64,000 nt of DNA from an uncultured Eubacteriales bacterium (GTDB taxonomy: Bacteria > Bacillota > Clostridia > Christensenellales > CAG-138). Positions 55,170 through 64,000 of the stretch are shown piece after piece. The notes under the pieces were generated by a model. It made no database searches. It was not told the DNA's origin and saw only the letters and a list, made by a program, of their open reading frames with translations. The DNA is taken from assembly GCA_900546845.1 (NCBI GenBank), contig UREK01000012.1, positions 3,130 through 67,129 on the forward strand, given 5' to 3'. The position numbers were made by a program, and so were the translations under genes. Positions within the stretch are counted from its first letter, which is position 1. Every line of letters begins with the position of its first letter.

Positions 55170-55213
55170 TTCATACCCGGAGTGTCATGTGTTCGAGTCA
55201 CATCGCCGCTACC
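55170..55213 (+). repeat. attR core: 44-bp direct repeat (copy of the tRNA-Met 3' end)
   Basis: Identical to 41077-41120. Followed by G instead of the A of the CCA. Confidence 0.9.
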
Positions 55214-56120
55214 GTAAAAGATCCCGAGTTATGCGAATAAAGGCTTTTGCCGCAGGCGAAAGCTGCGCTGCATCTTCATAAGCCGCCACCAGATTTCGGG
55301 TGGCATTGATGCCATTAATGTGGTAATACACCACCCCTCCGTTATCCTTGCGGGTGGCAAAGATCATATATGGGACAAAACTTACGCCAATCCCAGTAGC
55401 TACAAGGGCATTCGCAGAGTCTACATAAGAAGTTTCAAAAACAATGTGTGGCTCAAACCCGGCCGCACGGCAAGCATCTACTCCCAGTTGTCGCAGCCGC
55501 TGGCCCGGATAGAGCATAATGAAATCGTCGTCCCGGAATAAACCCATATCCACCTTTCCAAACTCTCCTTCCGGCATGGGCGGCATGAGGCTGTTGATAT
55601 GATGATCCGGCGGTACGGCCAGGAACGTCTCTTCCGATACCATCTCCTCATATTGAAATGTATCGTCTGCAAAGGGAAGCGGCATAAGGGCGATGTCGAT
55701 CTTCCCCGCCGCAAGGAGGCGTTCAAGAGAAATGGATGTGGCTTCATGCACTGTGATCTCCACCCCAGGATACAGCGTATGGAAGGCATTGTACGCCGAA
55801 GCAAAATAAAACCGGCCAAAGAGCGGCGTCATCCCGATATGCAGCCTTCCTTGTTTCAGAGCATGCAGGTTCTCCATCTGCGCCGTAATATGGCTGCTCA
55901 GCTGAAGAATCTGCCGGGCATCCTGCAAAAAGAGTTCACCTGCACGCGTCAGCAGAACACGCTTCCGTTTGCGGGCAAAAAGCGTTACGCCCAGATCCGC
56001 TTCCAGCCGCTTAATCGACTGGCTTAACGCAGGCTGGCTGATGTAAAGCGCTTCCGCTGCCCGGGAGAAGCTTTGCGTGTCCGCAATGGTAACTACATAC
56101 TGGATATCCCGCAGCTGCAT
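55209..56120 (-). CDS. LysR family transcriptional regulator
   Basis: MQLRDIQYVVTIADTQSFSRAAEALYISQPALSQSIKRLE. Confidence 0.9.
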   Translation of the reverse strand: MQLRDIQYVVTIADTQSFSRAAEALYISQPALSQSIKRLEADLGVTLFARKRKRVLLTRAGELFLQDARQILQLSSHITAQMENLHALKQGRLHIGMTPLFGRFYFASAYNAFHTLYPGVEITVHEATSISLERLLAAGKIDIALMPLPFADDTFQYEEMVSEETFLAVPPDHHINSLMPPMPEGEFGKVDMGLFRDDDFIMLYPGQRLRQLGVDACRAAGFEPHIVFETSYVDSANALVATGIGVSFVPYMIFATRKDNGGVVYYHINGINATRNLVAAYEDAAQLSPAAKAFIRITRDLLR

Positions 56121-56242
56121 TTTTACTCCTCCGTTTTGTTAACAATAACTTATATAAATAATTATAAAATAATATTTTCTTTTTATCAATGTCCTATGTA
56201 TACTATACCCATATTATAAAAGCGCGAAGGAAATCTCGGTTT

Positions 56243-57619
56243 ATGGAGCAAGTCTTTCAATATGTAGATCATATGTCCGCCCGTTATATTGAAGAATTGG
56301 CAGAACTCTGTTCCATGCGCAGTGTAAAATGCGATGCGGACGGGCTTTACCACACACACCAAACCGTGAAAGCGCGGTTATCATCCCTCGGATTCTCCCC
56401 GGTGGAATATGGCGCTCCGCAGGAATCCTCCATATTGTTCGGACGCCGGCCCGTTTCCGGAAAGAAAACACTCCTGTTCTATAATCATTATGACGTGGTT
56501 CCCGAAGGGGCTGCATCCGCTTGGGCATGTCCGCCCTTCCAACTCACGGAGCAGGATGGCCGGCTCTATGGCAGGGGCGTGTCCGACAACAAAGGGGCTC
56601 TGTTGGCAAGGCTTCAGGCCGTGGAAGCGATTCTCTCCGTAAAAGGCGCACTGCCGGTGGGCACGGCATTTCTGCTGGATGGAGACGAAGAAACCGGCAG
56701 CATGGCTCTGAGCCGCATGGTAAGTGAAGCGCCAGAGCTTCTGCGCGAAATGACCGATGCCGACCTTTGCCTTTGGGAAAATGGCCGCACTTTGCCGGAT
56801 GGCAGCCCGGAAGCCGCCTTTGGCGTTCGCTCTACGCTGACAGTGACGCTCCAGGTCAAATCTTCCAACGGAGATGAGCACGGCCGTATGGGAGCTGAAC
56901 TGCCCAATGCCGCATGGCGTTTGGTCTGGGCATTGGCATCTTTGAAAGACATACATGAGCAAGTGCTCATCGATGGATTTTACGACGATGTGCTCCCTGC
57001 TACACAGGCCGACCTCGATGTACTTCAAAACTATCCTTATGATGAAGCGGGCATGCTGGCCTGTAAGGAGATACCAAATTTCATTCTCGGTCTGCATGGG
57101 CTGGAATTAAAGAAAAAAATCTTCCTTCAACCCTCCCTCAACATCAACGGCATCGAATCCGGCGAACCCTGGAAGGGCTTCCGCCACATCATCCCCAGCA
57201 CGGCATCGGCCCGGTTCTCCGTCATTCTGGTACCCCGGCAAAATGCGGAAGACATCCTTCAAAAGCTCCGCCGGCACCTGGATCAAAACGGTTTTTCTGA
57301 CGTGGAGATCACAGCGGATTCAGCCGGCTTCCCCGTGCGCACCCCGGTGGACAATCCCTGGCGTAATGTCCTCACCCAAGCAGCGGCAGCAGTATATGAA
57401 AAGCCTCTCACCCCTTCCATCACCCAGCTTGGCAGCGGCCCGGCATACTTGCTGCGCACCGTACAGCCTGAGCTCCCCATCATCTGCGCCTGCGGCGTTG
57501 CAGCGCTGGATTCCGGGCACCACTCTGCCCGGGAAAATATCCTCCTGCAAAACTATATAAACGGCATCAAATTCACTGTTGCAACCCTGTTTGAGGCAGG
57601 ACGATATTCCGAACAATAA
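56243..57619 (+). CDS. M20 family metallopeptidase (dipeptidase/deacylase-like)
   Basis: LLFYNHYDVVP...GRGVSDNKG...DGDEETGS metal-ligand motifs. Confidence 0.82.
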   Translation: MEQVFQYVDHMSARYIEELAELCSMRSVKCDADGLYHTHQTVKARLSSLGFSPVEYGAPQESSILFGRRPVSGKKTLLFYNHYDVVPEGAASAWACPPFQLTEQDGRLYGRGVSDNKGALLARLQAVEAILSVKGALPVGTAFLLDGDEETGSMALSRMVSEAPELLREMTDADLCLWENGRTLPDGSPEAAFGVRSTLTVTLQVKSSNGDEHGRMGAELPNAAWRLVWALASLKDIHEQVLIDGFYDDVLPATQADLDVLQNYPYDEAGMLACKEIPNFILGLHGLELKKKIFLQPSLNINGIESGEPWKGFRHIIPSTASARFSVILVPRQNAEDILQKLRRHLDQNGFSDVEITADSAGFPVRTPVDNPWRNVLTQAAAAVYEKPLTPSITQLGSGPAYLLRTVQPELPIICACGVAALDSGHHSARENILLQNYINGIKFTVATLFEAGRYSEQ

Positions 57620-57667
57620 CATTTTGCTGTATAGCAATATTATAACAAAAAGCAAGGAGACAAAACC

Positions 57668-59212
57668 ATGAAGAAACGAAGCAAAGTACTTTCTCTTGCC
57701 CTTGTCATGCTGATGCTGGCAAGCATGTTTGCCGGCTGCGGTGAACAGGCTGGCACGAATGGCGATGGAGCTAAGGACACGCTGATCTTCAGTATCAACG
57801 CTGACATCGTAAGTATGGACTGCCACATGGCTCGCGACACGGTCACCTCCATCATCCATTACCAGGTATACGAAACGCTGGTGCGTAATCAGCCCGGTGA
57901 GGGCCTTGTTCCCGGCCTTGCCGAGAGCTGGGAATTCTCCGCAGACAATACGGAGATCACCTTCAAAATCCGCGAAGGTGTCAAATTCCACAACGGCGAT
58001 ACCATGACGGCAGAAGATGTTGCGTTTTCCCTGAACCGCGCTATCGCTTCCTCCTTCACCACCAGCTACAGCGGCACCATGGACCATGCAGAAGTAGTGG
58101 ATGACACCCATGTAAAACTCTGCATGAAGCAGGCCTTCGGCCCCGCGCTCCAATGCCTCTCCGTGCCTTGCCTCGGCATTGTGAGCAAACGCGCTGTGGA
58201 AGAGCTGGGCGATGACGGTTTTGCAAAAGCCCCCGTAGGCACCGGTGCGTATAAATTCGTAGAGTGGAGCAGCGGTGAGAAGATCGTTCTCGAAGGATTT
58301 GAAGAGTATTGGCGCGGCACCCCCAAGATTAAAGACCTGACCTTCATGATCATGACCGACCGCAATACCGCCGCTATTGCCCTTGAGAACAACGAAGTTG
58401 ACGTTCTCTATTCCCCCGACCTTGCAGACCGGGAACATCTTGAATCCCTTGAGAACGTATCTTTTATTCCCGGAAACGGCTCCGTATACATGTGGGTCAT
58501 CGCATTTAATAACGAAAGCGAGCTCTTCTCCGACAAACGCGTCCGCGAAGCAATCAGCTACGCCATCAATCGCGAAGAGATCGTGGACGGCGCGCTCAAC
58601 GGCTTTGGCATGCCGGTCGAAATGCCCATCGTCCCCAGCGTATTTGGTTTTGACCCCGAATTCAAGAACCATGAATATGATCTTGAAAAGGCGAAGCAGC
58701 TCCTCGCGGAAGCCGGCTACGCGGATGGCCTCACCGTCACCATCAAGCTGAATCAGAGCTCCACCTATACCCGCCCTGCCGAGATCGTCCAGGCGCAGCT
58801 GCGCCAAATCGGCGTCAATCTGGAGTTTGAGCTCATGGAGCGCGCCGCATTCCTTTCCGATGTTACGACCGATGCCAACTATGACATCACTCTGTTCATG
58901 TTTACCGCAGGATACCCGGATGCGGACTACGTCCTCTACGGCCGCATACACAGCAGCAACATCGGCGGCACCAACTACATCCGATATAACAACCCTGAAG
59001 TGGATGCTCTGCTTGACAAGGCCCGCTCTTCCAGCGATGATAAGGAACGTAAAGAGCTTTACTATCGGATCAGCGAATACGTCCGGGACGATGTTCCGTT
59101 CATCCCGCTGATGACGGATAATGTCTGCATTGCTGCCAACAGCTCTCTGAACGGCGTACAGGCCAACATTGGCGAATGCCACTACGTCTTTGATTACAGC
59201 TGGGCCGAATAA
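57668..59212 (+). CDS. ABC transporter substrate-binding lipoprotein (family 5, peptide/nickel)
   Basis: Lipobox LASMFAGCG. 514 aa SBP_bac_5-like protein. Confidence 0.88.
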   Translation: MKKRSKVLSLALVMLMLASMFAGCGEQAGTNGDGAKDTLIFSINADIVSMDCHMARDTVTSIIHYQVYETLVRNQPGEGLVPGLAESWEFSADNTEITFKIREGVKFHNGDTMTAEDVAFSLNRAIASSFTTSYSGTMDHAEVVDDTHVKLCMKQAFGPALQCLSVPCLGIVSKRAVEELGDDGFAKAPVGTGAYKFVEWSSGEKIVLEGFEEYWRGTPKIKDLTFMIMTDRNTAAIALENNEVDVLYSPDLADREHLESLENVSFIPGNGSVYMWVIAFNNESELFSDKRVREAISYAINREEIVDGALNGFGMPVEMPIVPSVFGFDPEFKNHEYDLEKAKQLLAEAGYADGLTVTIKLNQSSTYTRPAEIVQAQLRQIGVNLEFELMERAAFLSDVTTDANYDITLFMFTAGYPDADYVLYGRIHSSNIGGTNYIRYNNPEVDALLDKARSSSDDKERKELYYRISEYVRDDVPFIPLMTDNVCIAANSSLNGVQANIGECHYVFDYSWAE

Positions 59213-59366
59213 TACCGAACCAGCATCCTCGGGATCTGCCCGAACCTGCGTGGGCGCACGCTGAACAATGCGCCCCGCAGCTTATTGAAATCTGCATGCT
59301 GTGGCTCAGATACCGTAATACCCGATCCCGCTTCTGAGCAAGCCCCTGCTTTAATAGGAGGATTCC

Positions 59367-60299
59367 ATGCTGCGCTACATTTTAAAACGCTTGTTGATGA
59401 TGATCCCCGTGATCCTTGGCATCACCTTCATCATTTTCGCTATCATGAACTTTACGCCGGGCGATCCCGCGAAGCTTATCCTGGGCGAGGAAGCTCCCGC
59501 TGAGGAAGTCGCCAAACTTCGCACCGAGCTTGGCTTGGACGATCCTTTTCTCGTACGCTTTGTTCGCTATGTTGCGGATGCCGTGCGGGGTGATTTCGGC
59601 ACCTCATACCGCAACCGCCAACCGGTCTTTGATGAGATCTTTGACCGTTTTCCCACCACGTTCAAAGTCGCATTTTTCGGCATCCTGATCGCAGTATTCA
59701 TCGGCCTTCCTGTCGGCATTTTATCAGCTGTTAAACAATACAGCATTATCGATACCATCAGCACGGTCGGCGCAATGCTGCTTACCGCTATGCCAGGCTT
59801 CTTCGTCGGTATGCTGCTGATCCTGCTCTTTGCTTTGAAAATGAATATTCTGCCCGCCACCGGCATTTCCAGCTGGAAGCATTTCGTATTGCCTTCGCTG
59901 GCTGTGGCCTCCGTCACCATGGCGACTTTCATCCGTATGACACGTTCCACCATGCTTGAAGTCATCCGCCAGGACTATGTCCGCACTGCCCGGGCCAAAG
60001 GTGCAAGCGAGTCCCGCATTGTATTCCGTCATTGCCTGCGCAATGCGCTGCTGCCTATCGTTACGGTCATCGGCATGAACTTTGCCCATCAGCTCGGCGG
60101 AACAGTTATGATTGAAGCTGTTTTTGCGATCCCCGGCCTTGGTTCCCACATGGTGACCGCAGTCCGCCAGAAGGATACGCCAGTCGTTATGGCATCCATT
60201 ATTTTTGTGGCCATTGTCGCGGGCCTTATGAACCTTCTCGTGGACATTCTTTATACCTATATCGATCCGCGGGTCAAGACGCAATACACGAAAGGATAG
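59367..60299 (+). CDS. ABC transporter permease (DppB/OppB-like)
   Basis: MLRYILKRLLMMIPVILGITFIIF... and the EAA-loop region YVRTARAKGASE. Confidence 0.9.
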   Translation: MLRYILKRLLMMIPVILGITFIIFAIMNFTPGDPAKLILGEEAPAEEVAKLRTELGLDDPFLVRFVRYVADAVRGDFGTSYRNRQPVFDEIFDRFPTTFKVAFFGILIAVFIGLPVGILSAVKQYSIIDTISTVGAMLLTAMPGFFVGMLLILLFALKMNILPATGISSWKHFVLPSLAVASVTMATFIRMTRSTMLEVIRQDYVRTARAKGASESRIVFRHCLRNALLPIVTVIGMNFAHQLGGTVMIEAVFAIPGLGSHMVTAVRQKDTPVVMASIIFVAIVAGLMNLLVDILYTYIDPRVKTQYTKG

Positions 60300-60311
60300 G
60301 AGGCGAGAAGA

Positions 60312-61187
60312 ATGGAAACCACAGGAACGGTTACCCGCCGCAAGCGCAGCCAGCTTTCAATGATCTGGTTCCGCTTCCGGAAAAATAAACTTGCAATGCT
60401 GGGGCTTGTCATTTTCCTGATGATGATCCTGATGGCCGTTTATGTCAGCATTTTCGGCGACTATGAAAAAGCGATCACCATGGACATGCCCAACAAACTG
60501 CAAACACCCAGCGCAGCACATCTTTTCGGCACGGATCAGTATGGCCGCGACATCCTGATGCGCATGATGTTTGGCGCGCGCATCTCCCTCTCCGTCGGCC
60601 TGCTCACCATGGTGCTTTCCCTTGTCGTAGGCTCTCTCATCGGCGCAGCCGCCGGTTACTACGGCGGCAAGGTGGACAACCTGCTCATGCGCATTATGGA
60701 TGTGTTTCTGGCAATTCCGAGCACGCTCCTTGCCATCTCTATCGTGGCGGCGCTTGGCCAAGGTATGTTCAACCTGTTGCTGGCAACAGCGATCTCGCAA
60801 ATTCCCGCATTTGCGCGCGTGGTGCGCTCCGCGATCCTTACAGTAAAGGGGCAGGATTACATCGAAGCAGCCCGCGCCTGCGGAACGCGCGGCGGCCGCA
60901 TCATTCTGCGTCATATTCTGCCCAATGCCATGGGCCCCATCATCGTTCAGGCGACGCTGAACATCGCCCGCACCATCCTCGGGATCTCCTCGTTGAGTTT
61001 CGTCGGCCTCGGCATCTCCCCACCCACGCCGGAATGGGGTTCCATGCTTTCCGAAGGCAAGACGATGATGCGCTATTATCCCCACCTGATCCTGATCCCC
61101 GGCGCAGCGATCGCCCTTGCGGTCATGTCCCTGAACTTGATCGGCGATGGACTCCGGGATGCGCTGGATCCCCGCCTGAAAAACTAA
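60312..61187 (+). CDS. ABC transporter permease (DppC/OppC-like)
   Basis: ...HLFGTDQYGRDIL... and YIEAARACGTRGGRIILRHILPN. Confidence 0.9.
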   Translation: METTGTVTRRKRSQLSMIWFRFRKNKLAMLGLVIFLMMILMAVYVSIFGDYEKAITMDMPNKLQTPSAAHLFGTDQYGRDILMRMMFGARISLSVGLLTMVLSLVVGSLIGAAAGYYGGKVDNLLMRIMDVFLAIPSTLLAISIVAALGQGMFNLLLATAISQIPAFARVVRSAILTVKGQDYIEAARACGTRGGRIILRHILPNAMGPIIVQATLNIARTILGISSLSFVGLGISPPTPEWGSMLSEGKTMMRYYPHLILIPGAAIALAVMSLNLIGDGLRDALDPRLKN

Positions 61188-61199
61188 GGAGGAACTGCT

Positions 61200-62192
61200 A
61201 TGGCTGAACCAATTTTGAAGATACAGGATCTCCGCGTTGTTTACACGACGGATGAAAGCACCGTGTATGCCGTAAACGGTGTCAACCTGGAACTTTTCTC
61301 CGGCGAGACATTGGGGCTTGTCGGTGAGACCGGTGCCGGCAAGACTACCACAGCCCTCAGCATTATGGGCCTCCTTCCGGAAAAGATCGGCAAAGTAACC
61401 GGAGGCAGCATCACGCTGGACGGCACTGATGTGCTTGCAGCAACGGCGGCAGACATGCGCCTGCTCCGTGGCAGCACAGTATCAATGATCTTCCAGGATC
61501 CTATGACGAGCCTCAACCCGACCATCACCGTGGGCGATCAGATCGGCGAGGTGCTGTATCTCCACCGCCCTGACATCAGCCGCGCTGACCTTGCCACCGG
61601 CGTGGACAATATCCTTGAGATGGTGGGCATCCCTGCCGGGCGCAAGAGCGACTATCCGCATCAGTTTTCCGGTGGGATGAAACAGCGCATTGTAATCGCC
61701 ATCGCCCTTGCCTGCGAACCGAAGCTGCTCCTTGCGGACGAGCCTACCACTGCCCTTGACGTGACCATACAAGCTCAGGTCCTGGATATGATGAACGAGC
61801 TTAAAGAAAAACTCAACACTTCCATGATCCTCATCACCCACGATCTCGGCGTCGTCGCCCAAACCTGCGACAAGGTCGCCATCATGTATGCAGGCGAGAT
61901 CGTTGAATGCGGCACTGCGGAAGATATCTTCAACGGAGAGAAAAAGCACCCTTATACCAAAGGGCTGTTCGGCTCCATCCCCGACCTCACCCGAAAAACC
62001 CGCCGCCTGTCCCCCATCGACGGTTTAATGCCTGACCCCACCGCCCTGCCTTCAGGCTGTAAATTCCATGGCCGCTGCCCCGACTGCATGGATATCTGCC
62101 GCACCGAAATGCCGCCTGCCGTACAGGAAGGAAGCCACCTCATTTGTTGCCATCTTATGGCTGCAAAAGAAAAAGGAGGAGCCGCCCAATGA
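61200..62192 (+). CDS. ABC transporter ATP-binding protein (DppD/OppD-like)
   Basis: Walker A GETGAGKT, signature FSGGMKQR, Walker B LLLADEPT, C-terminal oligopeptide domain with Cys cluster. Confidence 0.9.
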   Translation: MAEPILKIQDLRVVYTTDESTVYAVNGVNLELFSGETLGLVGETGAGKTTTALSIMGLLPEKIGKVTGGSITLDGTDVLAATAADMRLLRGSTVSMIFQDPMTSLNPTITVGDQIGEVLYLHRPDISRADLATGVDNILEMVGIPAGRKSDYPHQFSGGMKQRIVIAIALACEPKLLLADEPTTALDVTIQAQVLDMMNELKEKLNTSMILITHDLGVVAQTCDKVAIMYAGEIVECGTAEDIFNGEKKHPYTKGLFGSIPDLTRKTRRLSPIDGLMPDPTALPSGCKFHGRCPDCMDICRTEMPPAVQEGSHLICCHLMAAKEKGGAAQ

Positions 62193-63151
62193 GCACACCG
62201 CTGATCGAAACACGGGAATTGAAAAAGTATTTTAAGACCCCAAAGGGAATGCTCCATGCCGTAGACGGTGTGAATCTCTCCATTGAGGCAGGCAGCACCC
62301 TTGGCGTAGTCGGCGAAAGTGGCTGCGGAAAATCTACCCTTGGGCGAACCATCCTTCAGCTCATCGAGCCCACAAGCGGTGAAGTGCTCTACAATGGGCA
62401 GAATATCGCAGGCTACAGCGAACGGCAAATGGCTGCCATGCGCCGCGAAATGCAGATTATTTTCCAGGACCCCTTCTCGTCCCTGAATCCCCGCATGACC
62501 GTGAGAGACATCATTGCAGAACCCATCCGGGTATGTAAGCTCTGCCGCGGCAACGCGGAGATTTACAAACGAGTGGATCAGCTCATGGACACGGTTGGCC
62601 TCGCAAGCCGTTTTGAAAACGCCTATCCCCATGAGTTGGACGGCGGCCGCAGGCAGCGCATCGGCATTGCTCGCGCCCTTGCGGTGGAGCCGAAGTTCAT
62701 CGTGTGCGACGAGCCCGTCAGCGCATTGGATGTTTCCATCCAGGCACAGATTCTAAACCTTCTTATGGATTTGCAGGAAGAAATGGGCCTCACCTATATG
62801 TTCATCACTCATGATCTTTCCGTGGTGAAACATATCTCCACCGAAATCGCCGTCATGTACCTTGGCCAATGCGTAGAGCATGTTAGCTCGGACAGGCTCT
62901 TTGAAAACCCGCTCCACCCATATACCAAGGCGCTTCTCGCTGCGATTCCCGTTCCCCAGCTGATGCCGCGCAAACGCCGTGCAGGCATCATCAAAGGAGA
63001 AGTTTCCAACCCCGTCAACCCCAAGCCGGGTTGCCGCTTTGCGCCCCGCTGCCCCAATGCCAGCGACCGCTGTCTGAAGGAAGACCTGAAGCTGATCGAA
63101 GCGGAACCCGGCCATTTTGTGGCCTGTGCCCTGTATGAAGGAGGCGTATGA
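62189..63151 (+). CDS. ABC transporter ATP-binding protein (DppF/OppF-like)
   Basis: Walker A GESGCGKST, LDGGRRQR, FIVCDEPVSALD. ATGA overlap with the previous gene. Confidence 0.9.
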   Translation: MSTPLIETRELKKYFKTPKGMLHAVDGVNLSIEAGSTLGVVGESGCGKSTLGRTILQLIEPTSGEVLYNGQNIAGYSERQMAAMRREMQIIFQDPFSSLNPRMTVRDIIAEPIRVCKLCRGNAEIYKRVDQLMDTVGLASRFENAYPHELDGGRRQRIGIARALAVEPKFIVCDEPVSALDVSIQAQILNLLMDLQEEMGLTYMFITHDLSVVKHISTEIAVMYLGQCVEHVSSDRLFENPLHPYTKALLAAIPVPQLMPRKRRAGIIKGEVSNPVNPKPGCRFAPRCPNASDRCLKEDLKLIEAEPGHFVACALYEGGV

Positions 63152-64000
63152 TGAAACAAAGCCTGTTTACCGCCGTCGAGAGCCGAAAGGATGACCTTCT
63201 GCGCATGGCCGATTATATCTGCGACAATCCGGAAGTCGGATTGAAGGAATACAAAGCAAGCGCCCTTCTTTCGGAATATCTCCGGCAGAATGGTTTTGCC
63301 GCGGAATTAGGCATCGGCGGGCTTGATACCGCTTTCCGCGCCGAGTGGGAAAACGGTACCAGCGGCCCATCTATCGGCCTTCTTTGTGAATATGATGCGC
63401 TTGAGGGGATCGGCCATGGCTGCGGCCATCATCTTCAGGGGCCTGCCATTGCAGGAGCAGCCGTAGCACTAAAGGAAATGCTCCCGCAGGATATGCCCTG
63501 CCGGATCGTTGTTTATGGTACTCCAGCGGAGGAAACCGAAGGCGGAAAGATCATCATGCTGGAAAACGGATGCTTCCGGGATATCGACGTCGCTTTGATG
63601 ATGCATGCAAGCTCGGGCGGCACCGGTGTGGATCTGCGCACCATGGCACTCAGCACTTTTTCTGTGGAATATACCGGCCAGAGTGCTCACGCAGCCATCC
63701 GGCCGGAGTGCGGGCGTTCTGCGCTCGACGCCCTTCTGCTCGCTTTCAACGCCATCGAGTTTCTGCGAGAGCATGTGCCGGACGACGTGCGTATCCACTA
63801 TGCCATTACCGACGGCGGCATGCCGCCGAATGCAGTGCCCGCCCATGCAGCTGCGCAGATCATCGTCCGCTCTTATGACCGGGTGATGCTCGAAAGCGTA
63901 ATTGAGCGCCTCATGAAAATATTCGATGGCGCTGCTCTCATGACAGAGACCGCTTATACAGCCCGGCGGGCCAGAGACATCGACAACAGCATTCCGGTTC
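63148..64000 (+). CDS. M20 family amidohydrolase (AbgA/hippurate-hydrolase-like), partial at the right edge
   Basis: Manual translation: MMKQSLFTAVESRKDDLLRMADYICDNPEVG...EYDALEGIGHGCGHHLQGP...YGTPAEETEGGK. GGAGG RBS. Not in the track because it runs off the window. Confidence 0.75.
   Translation, partial: MMKQSLFTAVESRKDDLLRMADYICDNPEVGLKEYKASALLSEYLRQNGFAAELGIGGLDTAFRAEWENGTSGPSIGLLCEYDALEGIGHGCGHHLQGPAIAGAAVALKEMLPQDMPCRIVVYGTPAEETEGGKIIMLENGCFRDIDVALMMHASSGGTGVDLRTMALSTFSVEYTGQSAHAAIRPECGRSALDALLLAFNAIEFLREHVPDDVRIHYAITDGGMPPNAVPAHAAAQIIVRSYDRVMLESVIERLMKIFDGAALMTETAYTARRARDIDNSIPV

Larger units (their letters stand above)
41077..55213. mobile_element. tRNA-Met-integrated genomic (defence) island, ~14.1 kb
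   Basis: Perfect 44-bp direct repeats, a tyrosine integrase next to the tRNA, visibly lower GC than the flanks, and R-M, TA and Fic cargo. Confidence 0.85.

Overview
High-GC Firmicutes/Clostridia chromosome segment. It has the yabP-yabQ-divIC sporulation block, and its gene content resembles lysine-fermenting Oscillospiraceae such as Intestinimonas or Flavonifractor; that taxonomic guess is inference only. From left to right the window holds: a partial KamA-family gene, rpmE, and rho with a long low-complexity insertion. Next come yabP-yabQ-ftsB/divIC-ppx and a 640-bp hairpin-dense non-coding array. A citrate lyase operon (citD-E-F-C-XG) follows, then miscellaneous housekeeping genes. About 14 kb on the minus strand encodes lysine-to-butyrate fermentation: two putative 5,6-aminomutase reactivase genes, then a promoter plus lysine riboswitch, then kal-kce-kdd-kamA-kamD-kamE-crt-hbd-bcd-etfB-etfA. 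After that come an amidohydrolase, an XRE/TPR regulator, a MATE pump, pckA, a nitroreductase, an L,D-transpeptidase, add, and tRNA-fMet plus tRNA-Met. A ~14.1-kb lower-GC genomic island is inserted in the 3' end of tRNA-Met and bounded by a perfect 44-bp direct repeat (41077-41120 and 55170-55213). It carries a frameshifted tyrosine integrase, two paralogous small-protein modules with conserved leaders, a decayed lipoprotein, and an HTH gene followed by a type I R-M system (hsdM-S-R). Downstream of hsdR sit an uncharacterised GIY-YIG(T5orf172)/DUF2971 gene pair, a RelB-ParE pair and a class II Fic protein. The window ends with lysR, an M20 peptidase, a five-gene peptide ABC importer and a partial M20 amidohydrolase. 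The observations most worth follow-up are the hsdR-linked T5orf172+DUF2971 module (candidate undescribed defence system), the lysine riboswitch whose architecture predicts an ON switch for lysine catabolism, the duplicated leader plus small-protein modules in the island, and the prion-like insertion in Rho. No CRISPR array or rRNA was seen. Many long antisense ORFs in the track are high-GC artefacts.
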